A DNA stretch of 64,000 nucleotides. Origin: Gammaproteobacteria bacterium. Lineage in GTDB: Bacteria > Pseudomonadota > Gammaproteobacteria > PIWD01. Every line of letters begins with the position of its first letter. The stretch's first letter is position 1. The DNA lies in assembly GCA_003354005.1 (NCBI GenBank), contig PIWD01000001.1, positions 19,489 through 83,488 on the forward strand, written 5' to 3'. The notes beneath the pieces were generated by a model that saw nothing but the letters and a program-made list of their open reading frames with translations, made no database searches and was not told the origin of the DNA. Position numbers and translations under genes: made by a program. This document shows, one piece after another, positions 10,416 to 22,868 of this stretch.

Positions 10416-10919
10416 TTAAGCAGCTCTTTCAATTTCAATGTTGCGAGATTGTTGAGTATGCTCTGCCTTCTTTGGAACATCAATCCAAAGCATACCTTTT
10501 TTAAATGATGCTTTTGCTTTTCCGATATCTACTGAATCAGGTAAAGCAATATTTCGCTCATAGTTGCCATAACTAATTTCACGCATCATGTAATTTTTAC
10601 CTTTATCCTGTTTCGATGTAGTTTTTTCACCCTTGATAGTGAGTACACCATCATGGATAGATACAGCAACATCGTCTTCACCCATCCCCGCCATTTCAGC
10701 GATAATCTTGAAACAATCTTTGTTATCAACAATATCAATAGCAGGTTTGACTGAAAGATTCTCGAAGCAATCTGCTGGAAAATTAAAAGGCTCAAAATTA
10801 CCCTGCCCAATAAAACTACTCATGAGCTTATCAAGCTCTGTTCTAAGGGGAAAAAAAGGATTATCCTGATATTGCACCCTAATAGGAACAGATTTATTTG
10901 AATGTAGTAAGTTTCTCAT
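10416..10919 (-). CDS. Small heat-shock protein, Hsp20/alpha-crystallin family
   Basis: 167 aa; alpha-crystallin-domain pattern (..AEMAGMGEDDVAVSIHDGVLTIKGEK...ISYGNYERNIALP). Confidence 0.7.
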   Translation of the reverse strand: MRNLLHSNKSVPIRVQYQDNPFFPLRTELDKLMSSFIGQGNFEPFNFPADCFENLSVKPAIDIVDNKDCFKIIAEMAGMGEDDVAVSIHDGVLTIKGEKTTSKQDKGKNYMMREISYGNYERNIALPDSVDIGKAKASFKKGMLWIDVPKKAEHTQQSRNIEIERAA

Positions 10920-11047
10920 AGTTAAATCTCCTTTTAAACTAGTGGATCATTGACATCCTCCTCTCCATAAAGAAAGGGGATTGCTATTACTAAGCTGGTT
11001 ATTGGTCGCCCATCACCAGATGTTCCTGCTTCATCGAATCAGCTAAT

Positions 11048-11255
11048 GCCGTCTCTTCACAGGTTAACGCGACACGCCCTGTTGCTGGCCTGTCGCTGGA
11101 ATGAACTGTAACAGCTTAGTGTGAAATAGTCAAGAAATTAGAACAGGTCAGTGCTGTTCATTATGTTTACGTGCATTTATTCTTTGCTACAAAATATGTC
11201 GAAGATCACAAGAGACGCTCGACTAGAAGGGTGCATTGCATCCTCGACCTACCTT
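11048..11255. repeat. Dispersed intergenic repeat, copy B2 (between divergent hsp20 and nuoA)
   Basis: About 80% identical over about 200 bp to 42902-43085; inverted GCCGTCTCTTCACAGG ... CACAAGAGACGCTCG termini. Confidence 0.6.
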
Positions 11256-11325
11256 AACAACGAGCTTGATAAATAAGGTGTGTATAGTAGCTTGAATAAG
11301 TTGTAGAACCTTATATAATGCCCCT

Positions 11326-11685
11326 ATGTTGCTTAAAGAATATCTACCCATTGTTGTTTTTATTGCCCTGGGCATTGGTTTTGGTCTTGTGCCGTTACTC
11401 GCAGGTTTTTTAATCGCGCCTTCTCGACCCAATAAGGCGAAGGAGTCGCCGTATGAGTGCGGTTTTGAAGCCATAGAAACTGGGCGTGCGCCGTTTGATC
11501 TGCGCTTTTATTTGGTTGCTATTTTATTTATTTTATTTGACTTAGAGACGGCTTTTTTATTTCCTTGGGCAGTTTCCTTAAGAAAAATTTCTAGTCTAGG
11601 ATTCTTTAGCATGTTATTTTTTCTAGGCTTATTATTGATTGGCTTCCTTTACGAATGGTGTAAAGGTGCGTTAGAGTGGGAGTAG
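11326..11685 (+). CDS. nuoA: NADH-quinone oxidoreductase subunit A
   Basis: 119 aa, 3 TM, ECGFEA / LFILFD(L)E motifs; first gene of nuo cluster. Confidence 0.85.
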   Translation: MLLKEYLPIVVFIALGIGFGLVPLLAGFLIAPSRPNKAKESPYECGFEAIETGRAPFDLRFYLVAILFILFDLETAFLFPWAVSLRKISSLGFFSMLFFLGLLLIGFLYEWCKGALEWE

Positions 11686-11694
11686 CGTGTCACT

Positions 11695-12216
11695 ATGCAA
11701 ACCAATCCGTTGCTGAATGCTGAAGATCAGGTATTTCCAACCAAGGGTGTATTTGTCACCTCGCTTGATTGGCTGATGAAATGGGCGCAGGGTTCTTCTA
11801 TGTGGCCTATGACCTTTGGGTTGTCTTGTTGTGCCGTTGAGATGATGCATGCTGGTGCATCACGTTATGACTTAGACCGCTTTGGACTCTTATTTCGGCC
11901 AAGTCCACGTCAATCAGATGTTATGATTGTTGCAGGCACTCTCTGCAACAAAATGGCACCAGCCTTGCGTAAAGTATATGACCAGATGGCGGAACCACGT
12001 TGGGTGATTTCGATGGGTTCATGTGCAAACGGTGGTGGTTACTATTATTATGCCTATTCCGTCACTCGCGGTTGTGATCGCATTGTACCAGTTGATATTT
12101 ATGTGCCAGGCTGCCCACCGACAGCGGAGGCTCTAGTGTATGGCATAATTCAATTGCAAAACAAAATAAGGCGAAAGTGTGTTATTCAGCGTTACCAGGC
12201 TACAGAAGATCGGTAA
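11695..12216 (+). CDS. nuoB: NADH-quinone oxidoreductase subunit B
   Basis: [24 protein letters not shown] Fe-S (N2) motifs. Confidence 0.9.
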   Translation: MQTNPLLNAEDQVFPTKGVFVTSLDWLMKWAQGSSMWPMTFGLSCCAVEMMHAGASRYDLDRFGLLFRPSPRQSDVMIVAGTLCNKMAPALRKVYDQMAEPRWVISMGSCANGGGYYYYAYSVTRGCDRIVPVDIYVPGCPPTAEALVYGIIQLQNKIRRKCVIQRYQATEDR

Positions 12217-12221
12217 ATATC

Positions 12222-12887
12222 ATGCAAAAGAAATTACAAGACTATTTAGGAAAATATTTAGGCAAGGAGATTAAAATAATCCCTGGTGTCCCTGGACAGT
12301 TAACGATTGAAATCCCAGCAGAAAAGATACGAGCTACCGCTTTAGTGCTGCGTGATGAAAAAGATTTAGACTTTGCTATGCTCATTGATCTCTGTGGGGT
12401 TGATTATTTGCATTATGGTGTTGCACAGTGGGATACAACTACGACGACAACCGAAGGGTTTAGTCGTGCCGTAACTGAGCCTAAGTTTGATGCAACAAAT
12501 GCGAGCAACCCACGCTTTGCTGTAGTTTACAATTTACTATCTCTTACACATAATTGGCGGTTGCGTCTACGTGTTTTTTTAGAAGCCTCCCAATTAAGCA
12601 TTGACTCAGTTGTTGCAGTTTGGCCAGCAGCAAATTGGTTTGAACGTGAGGCCTTTGACTTATTCGGTATTCAATTTAAGGGACATCCCGATTTACGGCG
12701 CATTTTAACGGACTATTGTTTTATCGGACATCCATTGAGGAAAGACTTCCCCCTAGTTGGACATAATGAAATGCGGTATGACGCAACTTTGGGAAGCTGT
12801 GTTTATGAAAAAAACTTAGTTAAAGAGCGGGTTGTTGTACCCAAGGTTATACGTGATGACAACCGTTATCGTTCCGAGACTGACTAA
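12222..12887 (+). CDS. nuoC: NADH-quinone oxidoreductase subunit C (not fused to D)
   Basis: 30-kDa-subunit pattern ([19 protein letters not shown]); separate ORF followed by nuoD with its own start. Confidence 0.85.
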   Translation: MQKKLQDYLGKYLGKEIKIIPGVPGQLTIEIPAEKIRATALVLRDEKDLDFAMLIDLCGVDYLHYGVAQWDTTTTTTEGFSRAVTEPKFDATNASNPRFAVVYNLLSLTHNWRLRLRVFLEASQLSIDSVVAVWPAANWFEREAFDLFGIQFKGHPDLRRILTDYCFIGHPLRKDFPLVGHNEMRYDATLGSCVYEKNLVKERVVVPKVIRDDNRYRSETD

Positions 12888-12900
12888 AGAGAGTGGAAGT

Positions 12901-14154
12901 ATGACACAACTCAAACACTATACACTTAATTTTGGGCCACAGCATCCGGCGGCACATGGTGTTTTACGTCTTATTTTAGAGATGGACGGCGAAATTATTC
13001 GTGGCATTGATACCCATATTGGTCTCCTGCATCGTTCCACAGAAAAACTAGCTGAAAGCAAGCTGTATAACCAATCGATTAGCTATATGGATCGCCTTGA
13101 CTATGTATCGATGATGTGTAACGAACATGCTTATGTGATGGCAATTGAACAGCTCGCTAAAATAGATGTTCCGATTCGGGCACGTTATATACGCGTCATG
13201 TTCGATGAGATAACACGTATCCTGAATCATTTACTGTGGTTAGGTGCGCATGCGATTGATATTGGTGCAATGAGTGTATTTTTATATTGCTTCCGTGAGC
13301 GTGAGGACTTATTCGACTGTTATGAAGCTGTATCTGGAGCTAGAATGCATGCGACTTATTATCGACCAGGTGGTGTGTATCGTGACCTACCAGATAGTAT
13401 GCCACAGTACCGTCCATCACCTTATCGCAGTAAGAAATATTTAGCCTCACTAAATGAGGCTCGATCAGGATCATTGTTGGACTTTATTGAAGATTTTACT
13501 CGGCGTTTTCCAGCCTGTGTGGATCAATATGAAGGATTGTTGACCGATAATCGGATTTGGAAACAACGTACCGTTGATATCGGTGTCGTTTCACCTGATA
13601 AAGCTATTGCTTGGGGGTTCACTGGCCCAATGTTGCGTGGTTCGGGTGTAGCATGGGATTTACGTCGTAAACAGCCCTATGAAGTCTATAATCAACTCGA
13701 TTTTAAGATTCCACTTGGTAAAAATGGTGATTGCTATGATCGTTACCTGGTTCGTATTGCTGAAATGCGTGAATCAAATCGTATCATTCAGCAGTGTATA
13801 AGGTGGTTACGTGAAAATCCTGGATCAGTATTGGCAAATTCCCACAAAGTTGTACCACCAAAGCGTGCAGTGATGAAAGAAGATATGGAAGCCTTAATCC
13901 ATCACTTTAAATTATTTAGTGAAGGGTATTGTCTGCCAAAAGGGGAAGCCTATGTTGCCATTGAGCAGCCCAAGGGTGAATTTGGTATTTATCTTATCTC
14001 AGATGGGTCAAATAAACCCTATCGGTTGAAGATTCGTTCAGCTGGTTTTCCACATTTAGCCGCCTTAAATCAACTGTGTTGTGGTCATATGTTAGCAGAT
14101 GTCGTTGCAATTTTATCGAGCTTAGATATTGTATTTGGGGAGGTCGATCGCTGA
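12901..14154 (+). CDS. nuoD: NADH-quinone oxidoreductase subunit D
   Basis: [23 protein letters not shown]-like, C-terminal conserved motifs; start at the Met aligning with 49-kDa-subunit N-terminus. Confidence 0.85.
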   Translation: MTQLKHYTLNFGPQHPAAHGVLRLILEMDGEIIRGIDTHIGLLHRSTEKLAESKLYNQSISYMDRLDYVSMMCNEHAYVMAIEQLAKIDVPIRARYIRVMFDEITRILNHLLWLGAHAIDIGAMSVFLYCFREREDLFDCYEAVSGARMHATYYRPGGVYRDLPDSMPQYRPSPYRSKKYLASLNEARSGSLLDFIEDFTRRFPACVDQYEGLLTDNRIWKQRTVDIGVVSPDKAIAWGFTGPMLRGSGVAWDLRRKQPYEVYNQLDFKIPLGKNGDCYDRYLVRIAEMRESNRIIQQCIRWLRENPGSVLANSHKVVPPKRAVMKEDMEALIHHFKLFSEGYCLPKGEAYVAIEQPKGEFGIYLISDGSNKPYRLKIRSAGFPHLAALNQLCCGHMLADVVAILSSLDIVFGEVDR

Positions 14155-14687
14155 TGTCAAGCGAAGAACAAATCATTCAACTCACTCCTGAGATTTGCCA
14201 AGCTATTGACCAGTGGGTTCTTAAATACCCTCCAGAACAAAAACGTTCGGCTGTCTTGGCGGGGCTGCGCATTATACAGCGTGCTTATGGTTGGTTAAGT
14301 GACGAGCGTATGCGTGCATTAGCCGAGTATCTTGATCTGCCACCTATGGACGTTTATGAAGTAGCAAGTTTTTACAGCATGTATGAAAGGAAGCCGATAG
14401 GCCGTTACAAGCTTGCGGTTTGTATGAATATTTCCTGTCATTTGTGTGGAAGTGATAATATTATCAAGCATCTCGAGTCACGTTTAGGTATTTGTATGGG
14501 TGAAACTACTAGTGACGGCTTATTTACTTTACGTCGTGCTGAATGTTTGGCGGCTTGTACTGATGCACCGATTTTGCAGGTTGATGATCGAGACTACTAT
14601 AAGCGTGTTACGCCAGAGATAATTGATCAGGTATTGGAACAGCTTCATCAAGCAGGGCGGAAAAAGGGGAGGGATGATGCAACATAA
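14154..14687 (+). CDS. nuoE: NADH-quinone oxidoreductase subunit E
   Basis: 24-kDa-subunit 2Fe-2S Cys pattern (CxxxxC...CxxxC); ATG overlaps nuoD stop (TGATG). Confidence 0.85.
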   Translation: MSSEEQIIQLTPEICQAIDQWVLKYPPEQKRSAVLAGLRIIQRAYGWLSDERMRALAEYLDLPPMDVYEVASFYSMYERKPIGRYKLAVCMNISCHLCGSDNIIKHLESRLGICMGETTSDGLFTLRRAECLAACTDAPILQVDDRDYYKRVTPEIIDQVLEQLHQAGRKKGRDDAT

Positions 14688-15960
14688 TATTGTTTGCTTT
14701 CGTACGCGACATTTAGATCAACCCTGGAGCTTAGAGAACTACCGTTCAGTTGGTGGTTACAAACAGCTTGAACGAATATTGAACGATAAAATACCGCCAG
14801 AACATATTCTTGAACGAATTAAGCAATCGGCTCTACGTGGTCGTGGTGGTGCTGGTTTTCCAACTGGTTTGAAATGGAGCTTCTTATCACGTGGGAAGCC
14901 TATACAAAAATATCTTATCTGTAATTCTGATGAGGGAGAACCTGGAACCTGTAAAGACCATGATATTTTAATGCTTAATCCCCATCAGCTTATTGAAGGA
15001 ATGATTATTGCTGCATACGTATTAGGTACAACTGTGGGTTACCATTACTTGCGTGGTGAATTTTGGCATGCTTTTCAACGCTGCGAACAGGCTATCAAGG
15101 AAGCCTACCAGGAGGGATATCTTGGAAAAAATATCTTAGGAAGTGGCGTAGATTTTGATTTATACAATACCTTAGGAGCTGGTGCTTATATTTGTGGTGA
15201 GGAGACAGCACTCATTGAATCCATAGAGGGTAAGCGTGGCTGGCCACGGTTTAAGCCACCTTTTCCAGCTAATTATGGCCTATATGGCCTACCAACAACT
15301 ATCAACAATACCGAAACCTTGGCTTCAGTTCCAGTTATTCTACAACATGGGGCTAAATGGTTCGCACATTTAGGTGGTAAAGAGAACGGTGGAAGTAAAA
15401 TTTTTAGCATCAGCGGTCATGTTAACCAACCAGGCAATTATGAAATACCACTCGGCACACCATTTTCCGAGCTTTTAAATATAGCTGGTGGTGTGTGGAA
15501 GAATGCAAGAATTAAGGCAGTCATTCCTGGTGGTAGCTCCATGCCTGTTTTACCTGGAGAGGTGATGAAGCGGACACGACTCGATTATGATAGTTTATCA
15601 AAAGCAGGGTCTATGTTGGGGACAGGCGCCATTATTGTTATGGATGAGCATACTTGCATGGTAAATGCACTGGCTTGTATCACAGAATTTTACTATGAAG
15701 AGTCTTGTGGTCAATGCACTCCTTGTCGTGAGGGTTCAGGTTGGGTCACACGACTTATCAAACGAATTGAAGCAGGGCAGGGGAAACCAGGTGACTTAGA
15801 TTGCCTGGAACAAATTGCTAAAGGCATTGAAGGGAGGACGATTTGTGCATTTGGTGAGGCGATTGCGTGGCCAGTGAGGAGTTTTTTAAAGCATTTTCGC
15901 GCTGAATTTGAATACCATATCGAACACGGCTGTTGTCAAGTGGCAGCGAGGGTCAGGTGA
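14674..15960 (+). CDS. nuoF: NADH-quinone oxidoreductase subunit F
   Basis: [10 protein letters not shown] (FMN/NADH site), [10 protein letters not shown] 4Fe-4S motif. Confidence 0.9.
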   Translation: MMQHNIVCFRTRHLDQPWSLENYRSVGGYKQLERILNDKIPPEHILERIKQSALRGRGGAGFPTGLKWSFLSRGKPIQKYLICNSDEGEPGTCKDHDILMLNPHQLIEGMIIAAYVLGTTVGYHYLRGEFWHAFQRCEQAIKEAYQEGYLGKNILGSGVDFDLYNTLGAGAYICGEETALIESIEGKRGWPRFKPPFPANYGLYGLPTTINNTETLASVPVILQHGAKWFAHLGGKENGGSKIFSISGHVNQPGNYEIPLGTPFSELLNIAGGVWKNARIKAVIPGGSSMPVLPGEVMKRTRLDYDSLSKAGSMLGTGAIIVMDEHTCMVNALACITEFYYEESCGQCTPCREGSGWVTRLIKRIEAGQGKPGDLDCLEQIAKGIEGRTICAFGEAIAWPVRSFLKHFRAEFEYHIEHGCCQVAARVR

Positions 15961-15980
15961 GTCAATATGAGTGAATCAAC

Positions 15981-18398
15981 ATGATAAAATTTGAGATTGA
16001 CGGAAAGAAAATACAAGCCAAGAGTGGAAGTACCATCATTGAAGCAGCCGACGCTGCTGGTGTGGATGTTTCACATATCCCCCGTTTTTGCTATCACTCC
16101 AAACTTTCGATTGCAGCAAGTTGTCGTATGTGTCTTGTTGAGGTTGAAAATGGGCGTAAGCCGTTGCCTGCCTGTGCAACGACCGTGACTGCTGGCATGA
16201 AGATTTACACCAAATCACACCAGGCCATGCAGGCACAAAAAGAAGTGATGTCATTTTTATTGATCAACCATCCACTGGATTGCCCGATTTGTGATCAAGG
16301 TGGTGAATGTGAACTACAAGATTTATCCATGGGATATGGCCGTACTAGTACATCCTTTATTGAAGGCAAGCGCAGCATCAAAGACAAAGATATAGGCCCA
16401 CTTATTGCAACCGAAATGACACGCTGTATTCATTGCACACGTTGCGTACGTTTTTGTTCTGAAATTGCAGGATTACGTGAATTAGGAATATTGGGACGTG
16501 GTGAACACAGCGAAATAAGCACCTATGTTGAGCATAGCATGCAATCTGAGTTAGCTGGAAACATAATTGACCTATGTCCCGTGGGAGCCTTGACCTCTAA
16601 GCCATTTCGTTTTAAGGCACGTGCTTGGGAATTACGGGCACGGGCTGGTATTGCAGGACATGATTGTTTAGGCAGCAACATTAACATCCATATCAAAAGG
16701 GAGAGCGACAGCCAACCTGAGCGCATCATGCGCGTTGTGTCCAGGACTAATGAAAAACTCAATGAAACCTGGCTGAGCGACCGTGATCGCTTTAGCTACA
16801 CGGGGTTGTATCATGCAGATCGCCTGGCTAGGCCTATGATCAAACAAATAGGTAAGTGGCAGGAAACAGATTGGGAGACGGCACTTACCGTTGCTACTCA
16901 AAAACTGCAGAATGTTATTGCTCAAAATGGCGCGCAAGCGGTTGGTGGTTTAATCTCACCAAATTCGACAGTAGAAGAATGCTATTTATTCCAGGCTTGG
17001 CTACGCTCACTTGGTGTGCCTCATATTGACCATCGTATAAGGCAAAGCGATTTTGATCATCAAATCCAATCCCCATTGGTATGGAGCACTTGTAAATGTG
17101 TACAGTCACTTGAAGAAACGACTTCATTCCTACTTATTGGTAGTTTTATACGTGAAGAACAGCCATTGATTACTAGTCGCATACGAAAAGCCACGCAAGG
17201 GGGTGCACGTGTGCATGTAATTAATCCTGTTGATTTTGATTTTCATTTGACACTTACAAACCGATGCATCGTTTCTCCTTGGGGCATGGTCTGTAGCCTG
17301 GCTGCTATTGCGCAGGTTTTATTTGGTAATGATAAGAAAAAATTAAACATCATGCCGAAGCCCATCGCTGAACTTATCAGACAACAGAAACCCAATACTG
17401 TTGAACATGACATTGCCCGAGACTTACAGCAGGATAAAGCACCACTTATCCTATTGGGTGCTCTGGCGCAGGCACATCCTTATTTTTCTTACCTGCGTGT
17501 GCTCAGTGAGACGATTGCAATAGAAATTGGGGCTAAAACCCTGCATCTCACCGATAGTGCTAACGAGGCTGGAGCTTGGTTGGCGACAGCACTACCACAT
17601 CGCCGTATTGATGGTGTTTCAATTAAAGAACCAGGCTACAATGCTAAAGCGATGCTAGCCAAGACATTAAAATCCTATTGCTTATTTGGCTTGGAACCAA
17701 CTTATGACAGTGCTTACCCAGAGCTGGCACGTACAGCCTTACAGCAAGCTGAGTGTGTAATCGTTTGTTCAGCATTTAAAAATAAAGCCATGTTAGAATA
17801 TGCTGATGTGCTATTGCCGATTGCCACCCATTTAGAGAATGAGGGTAGTTTTGTAAATATTGAAGGGACGCGTCAATCATTTCAGCGATCGGTTAACAAA
17901 CCATTTGCTGAAGCACGTTGTGGTTGGAAGGTCTTACGTGTACTAGCTAATTTTATGGGACGACCTGGTTTTGATTATCAAACTGTTCTTGAGCTTTCCT
18001 CTGAACTATCGCGTAATCTTGAAAATGATCTTCAATCTGAACATATACCACCTGTAGACTTCAAGCCATTGCCTACAGTGTCGGACAATACGGTCTGGCG
18101 TTGTGGTTATTGGCCAATTTACCGCAATGATTCGTTAGTACGTCGAGCCGAGCCTTTACAGGTATTGACGGTAGAACAGGATTTAGCTAAGCTGCGTTTA
18201 GGTGCTGCATTGGCTACACATCTCAAAGTCAACAATGGTGATCGGGTTTCAGTTTCCTCTGATCACCCAGATGCTAAACCAGTAACTTTACAAGTACTGA
18301 TCGACCAACGCATTGCTGATGCGACTGTATGTTTGCCCAGTGGCTTACCTGACATTGCTATAAACGGGCCCTTGTCCGTTGTTCGCATAACAACATGA
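15981..18398 (+). CDS. nuoG: NADH-quinone oxidoreductase subunit G
   Basis: N-terminal 2Fe-2S (CxxxxC..C) and 4Fe-4S (CPICDQGGEC, CIHCTRCVRFC) motifs; 805 aa. Confidence 0.9.
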   Translation: MIKFEIDGKKIQAKSGSTIIEAADAAGVDVSHIPRFCYHSKLSIAASCRMCLVEVENGRKPLPACATTVTAGMKIYTKSHQAMQAQKEVMSFLLINHPLDCPICDQGGECELQDLSMGYGRTSTSFIEGKRSIKDKDIGPLIATEMTRCIHCTRCVRFCSEIAGLRELGILGRGEHSEISTYVEHSMQSELAGNIIDLCPVGALTSKPFRFKARAWELRARAGIAGHDCLGSNINIHIKRESDSQPERIMRVVSRTNEKLNETWLSDRDRFSYTGLYHADRLARPMIKQIGKWQETDWETALTVATQKLQNVIAQNGAQAVGGLISPNSTVEECYLFQAWLRSLGVPHIDHRIRQSDFDHQIQSPLVWSTCKCVQSLEETTSFLLIGSFIREEQPLITSRIRKATQGGARVHVINPVDFDFHLTLTNRCIVSPWGMVCSLAAIAQVLFGNDKKKLNIMPKPIAELIRQQKPNTVEHDIARDLQQDKAPLILLGALAQAHPYFSYLRVLSETIAIEIGAKTLHLTDSANEAGAWLATALPHRRIDGVSIKEPGYNAKAMLAKTLKSYCLFGLEPTYDSAYPELARTALQQAECVIVCSAFKNKAMLEYADVLLPIATHLENEGSFVNIEGTRQSFQRSVNKPFAEARCGWKVLRVLANFMGRPGFDYQTVLELSSELSRNLENDLQSEHIPPVDFKPLPTVSDNTVWRCGYWPIYRNDSLVRRAEPLQVLTVEQDLAKLRLGAALATHLKVNNGDRVSVSSDHPDAKPVTLQVLIDQRIADATVCLPSGLPDIAINGPLSVVRITT

Positions 18399-18407
18399 GG
18401 TTTTAAA

Positions 18408-19433
18408 GTGTTAGAAGCATGGCTTACTTTAATTTGGATTGTGATCAAAATTTTGTTGATTATTTTACCCCTGATGGGTGCTGTAGCCTATCTGACTTTA
18501 GCAGAGCGCAAAATTATTGGACGTATGCAGGCGCGAATGGGGCCGAATCGGGCTGGTCTATTTGGAGTTCTGCAACCGCTTGCCGATGGACTTAAATTAC
18601 TGTGCAAAGAAATTATCTTGCCCAGTTCGGCGAATCGTTTCCTGTTCATTGTATCGCCTATACTTGTTTTAGCACCAGCACTTGCAGTATGGGCTGTAAT
18701 ACCATTTAGTGAAGGTCTAGTGCTTGCTAACATCAACGCAGGTGTCTTGTATCTTTTGGCCATGACTTCCCTTGGGGTATACGGTATTTTGATTGCTGGT
18801 TGGTCTTCCAACTCAAAATATGCTTTTTACGGCTCCATGCGTGCTGCAGCACAAGTTATTTCCTATGAAATCTCTATGGGATTTGCCTTAGCTGGTGTTT
18901 TATTAGCATCTGGTAGTATGAACTTATCGCAGATCGTCCTACGGCAAGCAGGAGGGGTTTGGCATTGGTTTGTAATTCCACTGTTTCCCTTATTCTTTGT
19001 TTACTGGGTATCAGCCATAGCAGAAACCAATCGTGCACCATTTGATGTTGCGGAAGGTGAATCAGAAATTGTTGCAGGCTTTCATGTTGAATACTCTGGT
19101 ATGGGTTTTGCGATTTTCTTTTTAGCTGAATATGCTAATATGATCTTTGTATCGACCTTAGCTGTCTTATTATTTTTTGGTGGTTGGCTCTCGCCGTTTG
19201 AAGGCATACCTATCTTAGGGAAATGGTTTGCCTGGATGCCAGGCATCATCTGGCTGTTAGCCAAGATTAGTTTATTTTTATTCTTGTATTTGTGGTTACG
19301 TGCAACATTTCCTAGGTATCGCTATGATCAGATTATGCGCTTGGGTTGGAAAATATTGATACCACTTTCCCTGTTGTGGGTGATTGTAGTGGCCTTATTT
19401 GTTTATTATCACGTTGGCATTTGGTTTGCCTAA
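18408..19433 (+). CDS. nuoH: NADH-quinone oxidoreductase subunit H
   Basis: LTLAERK..G.MQ.R.GPNR N-terminus typical of NuoH/ND1, 8 TM. Confidence 0.9.
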   Translation: MLEAWLTLIWIVIKILLIILPLMGAVAYLTLAERKIIGRMQARMGPNRAGLFGVLQPLADGLKLLCKEIILPSSANRFLFIVSPILVLAPALAVWAVIPFSEGLVLANINAGVLYLLAMTSLGVYGILIAGWSSNSKYAFYGSMRAAAQVISYEISMGFALAGVLLASGSMNLSQIVLRQAGGVWHWFVIPLFPLFFVYWVSAIAETNRAPFDVAEGESEIVAGFHVEYSGMGFAIFFLAEYANMIFVSTLAVLLFFGGWLSPFEGIPILGKWFAWMPGIIWLLAKISLFLFLYLWLRATFPRYRYDQIMRLGWKILIPLSLLWVIVVALFVYYHVGIWFA

Positions 19434-19448
19434 GTTATCGGAGTTAGT

Positions 19449-19937
19449 ATGAGCTTATCATTTGCTAAAAGACAGATTAATAGCTTGTTGCTGCTCGAGC
19501 TATTCCGTGGATTGTCCATTACGGGGCGCGTATTTTTAACACGGGCTATCACCATCCGTTACCCAGAAGAAGATACACCGATTTCACCGCGGTTTCGTGG
19601 CATGCTTGCCCTACGTCGCTATGCCAATGGTGAGGAGCGTTGTATAGGCTGTCGATTGTGCGAAGCTGCATGCCCAGCCTTAGCCATTACCATTGAAGCA
19701 GACGTACGTAGTGATGGTTCACGGCGCACAACCATCTATGATATCGACGCCTTTAAGTGTATGCACTGCGGTTTTTGTGAAGAAGCTTGTCCCGTTGATG
19801 CCATCGTATTAACCTCAGAAATGCATTACCATATGGAAGCACGTGGTGAGAATATATTTACCAAAGACAAATTGTTAGCAATTGGTGACTTATATGAAGA
19901 AAAAATTGCGCAAGATCGGGAAAAAGACAATGCCTAG
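19449..19937 (+). CDS. nuoI: NADH-quinone oxidoreductase subunit I
   Basis: Two CxxCxxCxxxCP ferredoxin motifs ([24 protein letters not shown]). Confidence 0.9.
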   Translation: MSLSFAKRQINSLLLLELFRGLSITGRVFLTRAITIRYPEEDTPISPRFRGMLALRRYANGEERCIGCRLCEAACPALAITIEADVRSDGSRRTTIYDIDAFKCMHCGFCEEACPVDAIVLTSEMHYHMEARGENIFTKDKLLAIGDLYEEKIAQDREKDNA

Positions 19938-19964
19938 TGTTAATCAAATAACAGGCATACAAAC

Positions 19965-20573
19965 GTGATTAGTTTATTAGATTGTTTTTTTTATAGCATC
20001 TCCAGTATGCTGGTAGCCTCATCACTGGCAGTCATTTTAGTGCGACATCCAGTACGTGCAGCATTATTTTTAGTACTTTCTTTTGTCATGGCTGCTATGC
20101 TATGGATGCTATTAGAAGCTGAATTTTTATCACTGGTTCTGATTTTTGTATATGTTGGAGCCATCATGACCTTATTTTTATTTGTGATCATGATGCTGCC
20201 AGCCGAAGAAAGCCTAAGCTGGAAGAAATGGCGTGGTTTTCCTTTTGCATTACTGCTATTTGCCCTGTTGCTCAGCCTATTATTTTACATGCTAAAGCAT
20301 AGTTTATTACTGGGTGCGAGTGCATCACCAGCCGATACGACATCAACCTATACCAATACTCAAGCTATTGGTCATATTTTATATACACAATACGCCTTAC
20401 CATTTGAGATGATCGGCATCTTACTGCTGGTAGCCATGGTGGCAGCCATCATGTTAACCTTCCGTGGGCGTCGTGTTGATGCTAAGGGGCAGTGCATTAA
20501 TAAACAGGTACGTGCAAGCAAACAAGACCAGCTAAAATTAGTTAACATACCATCGGAGGGAGAAAAAGGATGA
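19965..20573 (+). CDS. nuoJ: NADH-quinone oxidoreductase subunit J
   Basis: Hydrophobic 5-TM protein in nuoJ position; start codon uncertain. Confidence 0.75.
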   Translation: MISLLDCFFYSISSMLVASSLAVILVRHPVRAALFLVLSFVMAAMLWMLLEAEFLSLVLIFVYVGAIMTLFLFVIMMLPAEESLSWKKWRGFPFALLLFALLLSLLFYMLKHSLLLGASASPADTTSTYTNTQAIGHILYTQYALPFEMIGILLLVAMVAAIMLTFRGRRVDAKGQCINKQVRASKQDQLKLVNIPSEGEKG

Positions 20574-20875
20574 TCGGTTTAAGCCATTATTTGAGCGTCA
20601 GTGCGATCATATTCAGCATTAGCATTTTAGGTTTGATGATTAACCATCGTAACTTAATTACCTTACTCATGTGTATTGAACTCATGCTATTAGCGGTCAG
20701 CACCAATTTTATTGCATTTGCACGCTACCTTCATCAGCCCGCTGGAGAAGTTTTCGTATTTCTTATTTTAGCGGTTGCTGCTGCTGAGTCTGCGATTGGC
20801 TTAGCTATCTTAGTCTTATGGTTTCGTCAGCATCACTCTGTTGACGTTGAACAACTCAATCGCTTGAAGGGGTGA
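20570..20875 (+). CDS. nuoK: NADH-quinone oxidoreductase subunit K
   Basis: 101 aa, 3 TM, conserved E residues; overlaps nuoJ stop and nuoL start. Confidence 0.85.
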   Translation: MIGLSHYLSVSAIIFSISILGLMINHRNLITLLMCIELMLLAVSTNFIAFARYLHQPAGEVFVFLILAVAAAESAIGLAILVLWFRQHHSVDVEQLNRLKG

Positions 20876-22851
20876 CAATGAATCTCTTACCATTCGCCTT
20901 ACTTGCTCTATCTGCTCCCTTATTGGGCAGCTTGCTTGCTGGATTTGGGGGGCGATTATTAGGGCGTTGTGCCTCACATTGTCTAGCCATTGGTTTACTT
21001 GCTGTTGCTTGGATGTGTAGCGTTACCTTGTTATATCAAATGTGGTATCAACATGCCCCAGCTCTTGACTGGATGGGCTACAATTGGTTAACTAGTGCTT
21101 CCTTACATATTGACTTCGGTTTATTAATCGATCGCCTGAGTGTTGCTATGATGATGATTGTCACAAGCATTTCCTTGTTGGTACATATCTATAGCATTGG
21201 CTACATGCATGATGATCCTGCTTATCAGCGATTTTTCAGCTATATGTCCTTATTCACCTTTGCCATGCTCATACTGGTGACGGCCAACAATGTCATACAA
21301 CTATTCTTTGGTTGGGAAGGGGTAGGTTTGGTCTCCTATTTATTAATTGGCTTCTGGTTTAAGAAGCCATCGGCAGCACTGGGGGCTTATAAAGCTTTTA
21401 TTGTAAACCGTGTCGGTGATTTTGGCTTACTACTAGGACTAGCCTTACTACTTTATTATGTTGGCAGCCTGAACTACCAGCCCATTTTTGCCAAAGCTGC
21501 CTGGATAGCGCAACAGCATATTATTTTTCTACACGGTCATTCAGTGCGCTTAGTAAGCTTAATCTGCATCTTACTTTTTATTGGTGCAATGGGGAAATCT
21601 GCGCAAATGCCTTTACACGTGTGGTTGCCTGAATCAATGGAAGGGCCGACACCGATTTCAGCCTTAATACATGCTGCAACCATGGTTACGGCTGGGGTTT
21701 ACCTTGTGGTACGCATGTCTCCCTTGTTCAGTGGCTCTCCAGTGGCACTAAGCGTAGTCTTAGTTGTGGGAGCTACGGGGGCATTACTATTGGGGCTTAT
21801 CGGTCTAGTACAGAATGACATCAAACGTATTATTGCCTATTCAACCATGTCACAACTCGGCTACATGATGGCAGCGGCGGGTGCGTCTGCCTTTTCGGCT
21901 GCTATTTTTCACCTCATCAGCCATGCTTTTTTCAAAGCCCTATTATTTTTGGGGGCTGGTTCGGTAATTCTTGCCATGCACCACCAGCAAGACATCAGAA
22001 AAATGGGTGGCTTACGTAGTTACCTGCCGATCACCTACATTACATTCTTAATCGGTTCCTGTGCCCTGGTTGCATTACCTCCTTTCTCTGGTTATTACTC
22101 CAAAGATGCTATAATTGAAGCTGTACATTTAGCACCAATTTGGGGAGGGCATTACGCTTACATTTGCTTACTACTGGGTGCGTTTGTTACGGCACTTTAC
22201 ACCTTTCGTCTTTTCTTTTTAACATTCCATGGTAGCCCACGCTTTGATATAGACAAGGAACATCTACCGCATGAATCACCTTGGGTGGTGTGGCTGCCCT
22301 TGGTTCTACTTGCTGTTCCCTCTGTCTTGTTTGGTATCGTTCATGTTCAGGAATTTATTTATACATCACCAGAGGGTTGGTTGGGGCAGGTTGTTTATGT
22401 GATGCCAGCCCTGCGTAATTACCTGAGTGATTGGATTTCGGAATTTCACGGTGTCTTTATTGCAACAGCTCAAGCAGTATTTGAATTACCCTTTTGGTTT
22501 ACAATTGCTGGTATTATGACGGCTTGGATACTTTATTTAGTCAAGCCCTCTTTACGTGCAAAATACATCAAGCCAGACAACTTAATTTCTCGTATCTTAC
22601 GTGCTAAATATGGCTTTGATTCCTTTAACGATAGTATTATTGTTCGTGGAGTACAGTCTCTAAGCCGTCTTTTCTACCATATTGGTGATATGCGCTTACT
22701 TGATGAGGGCATTGTCAATGGTTCAGCACATCGTATTAAACAGCTTGCACAATGGATGCGTTGCTTACAAACGGGCTACCTATCTTATTACCTCTTTGTG
22801 ATGGCATTGGCATGGGTTATTTTATTAGCTACCTGGGTCGGGTGGTTCTAG
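20872..22851 (+). CDS. nuoL: NADH-quinone oxidoreductase subunit L
   Basis: 659 aa antiporter-like subunit, WLP(E/D)(A/S)MEGPTP motif. Confidence 0.9.
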   Translation: MTMNLLPFALLALSAPLLGSLLAGFGGRLLGRCASHCLAIGLLAVAWMCSVTLLYQMWYQHAPALDWMGYNWLTSASLHIDFGLLIDRLSVAMMMIVTSISLLVHIYSIGYMHDDPAYQRFFSYMSLFTFAMLILVTANNVIQLFFGWEGVGLVSYLLIGFWFKKPSAALGAYKAFIVNRVGDFGLLLGLALLLYYVGSLNYQPIFAKAAWIAQQHIIFLHGHSVRLVSLICILLFIGAMGKSAQMPLHVWLPESMEGPTPISALIHAATMVTAGVYLVVRMSPLFSGSPVALSVVLVVGATGALLLGLIGLVQNDIKRIIAYSTMSQLGYMMAAAGASAFSAAIFHLISHAFFKALLFLGAGSVILAMHHQQDIRKMGGLRSYLPITYITFLIGSCALVALPPFSGYYSKDAIIEAVHLAPIWGGHYAYICLLLGAFVTALYTFRLFFLTFHGSPRFDIDKEHLPHESPWVVWLPLVLLAVPSVLFGIVHVQEFIYTSPEGWLGQVVYVMPALRNYLSDWISEFHGVFIATAQAVFELPFWFTIAGIMTAWILYLVKPSLRAKYIKPDNLISRILRAKYGFDSFNDSIIVRGVQSLSRLFYHIGDMRLLDEGIVNGSAHRIKQLAQWMRCLQTGYLSYYLFVMALAWVILLATWVGWF

Positions 22852-22868
22852 CATGGGTATAATGTGAC

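Noticed and set aside
10251-10508. 85-aa + strand ORF between the PAP2 gene and hsp20
   Set aside because: It lies within the dispersed repeat copy B1 and the hsp20 3' end, has no SD and a low-complexity translation. Likely non-coding.
16036-17127. Several 60-90-aa antisense ORFs inside nuoG (and similar ones inside nuoF, nuoM, nuoN, ftsK, ileS, comM)
   Set aside because: They are embedded antisense in strongly supported long genes and lack start signals. Typical spurious ORFs.
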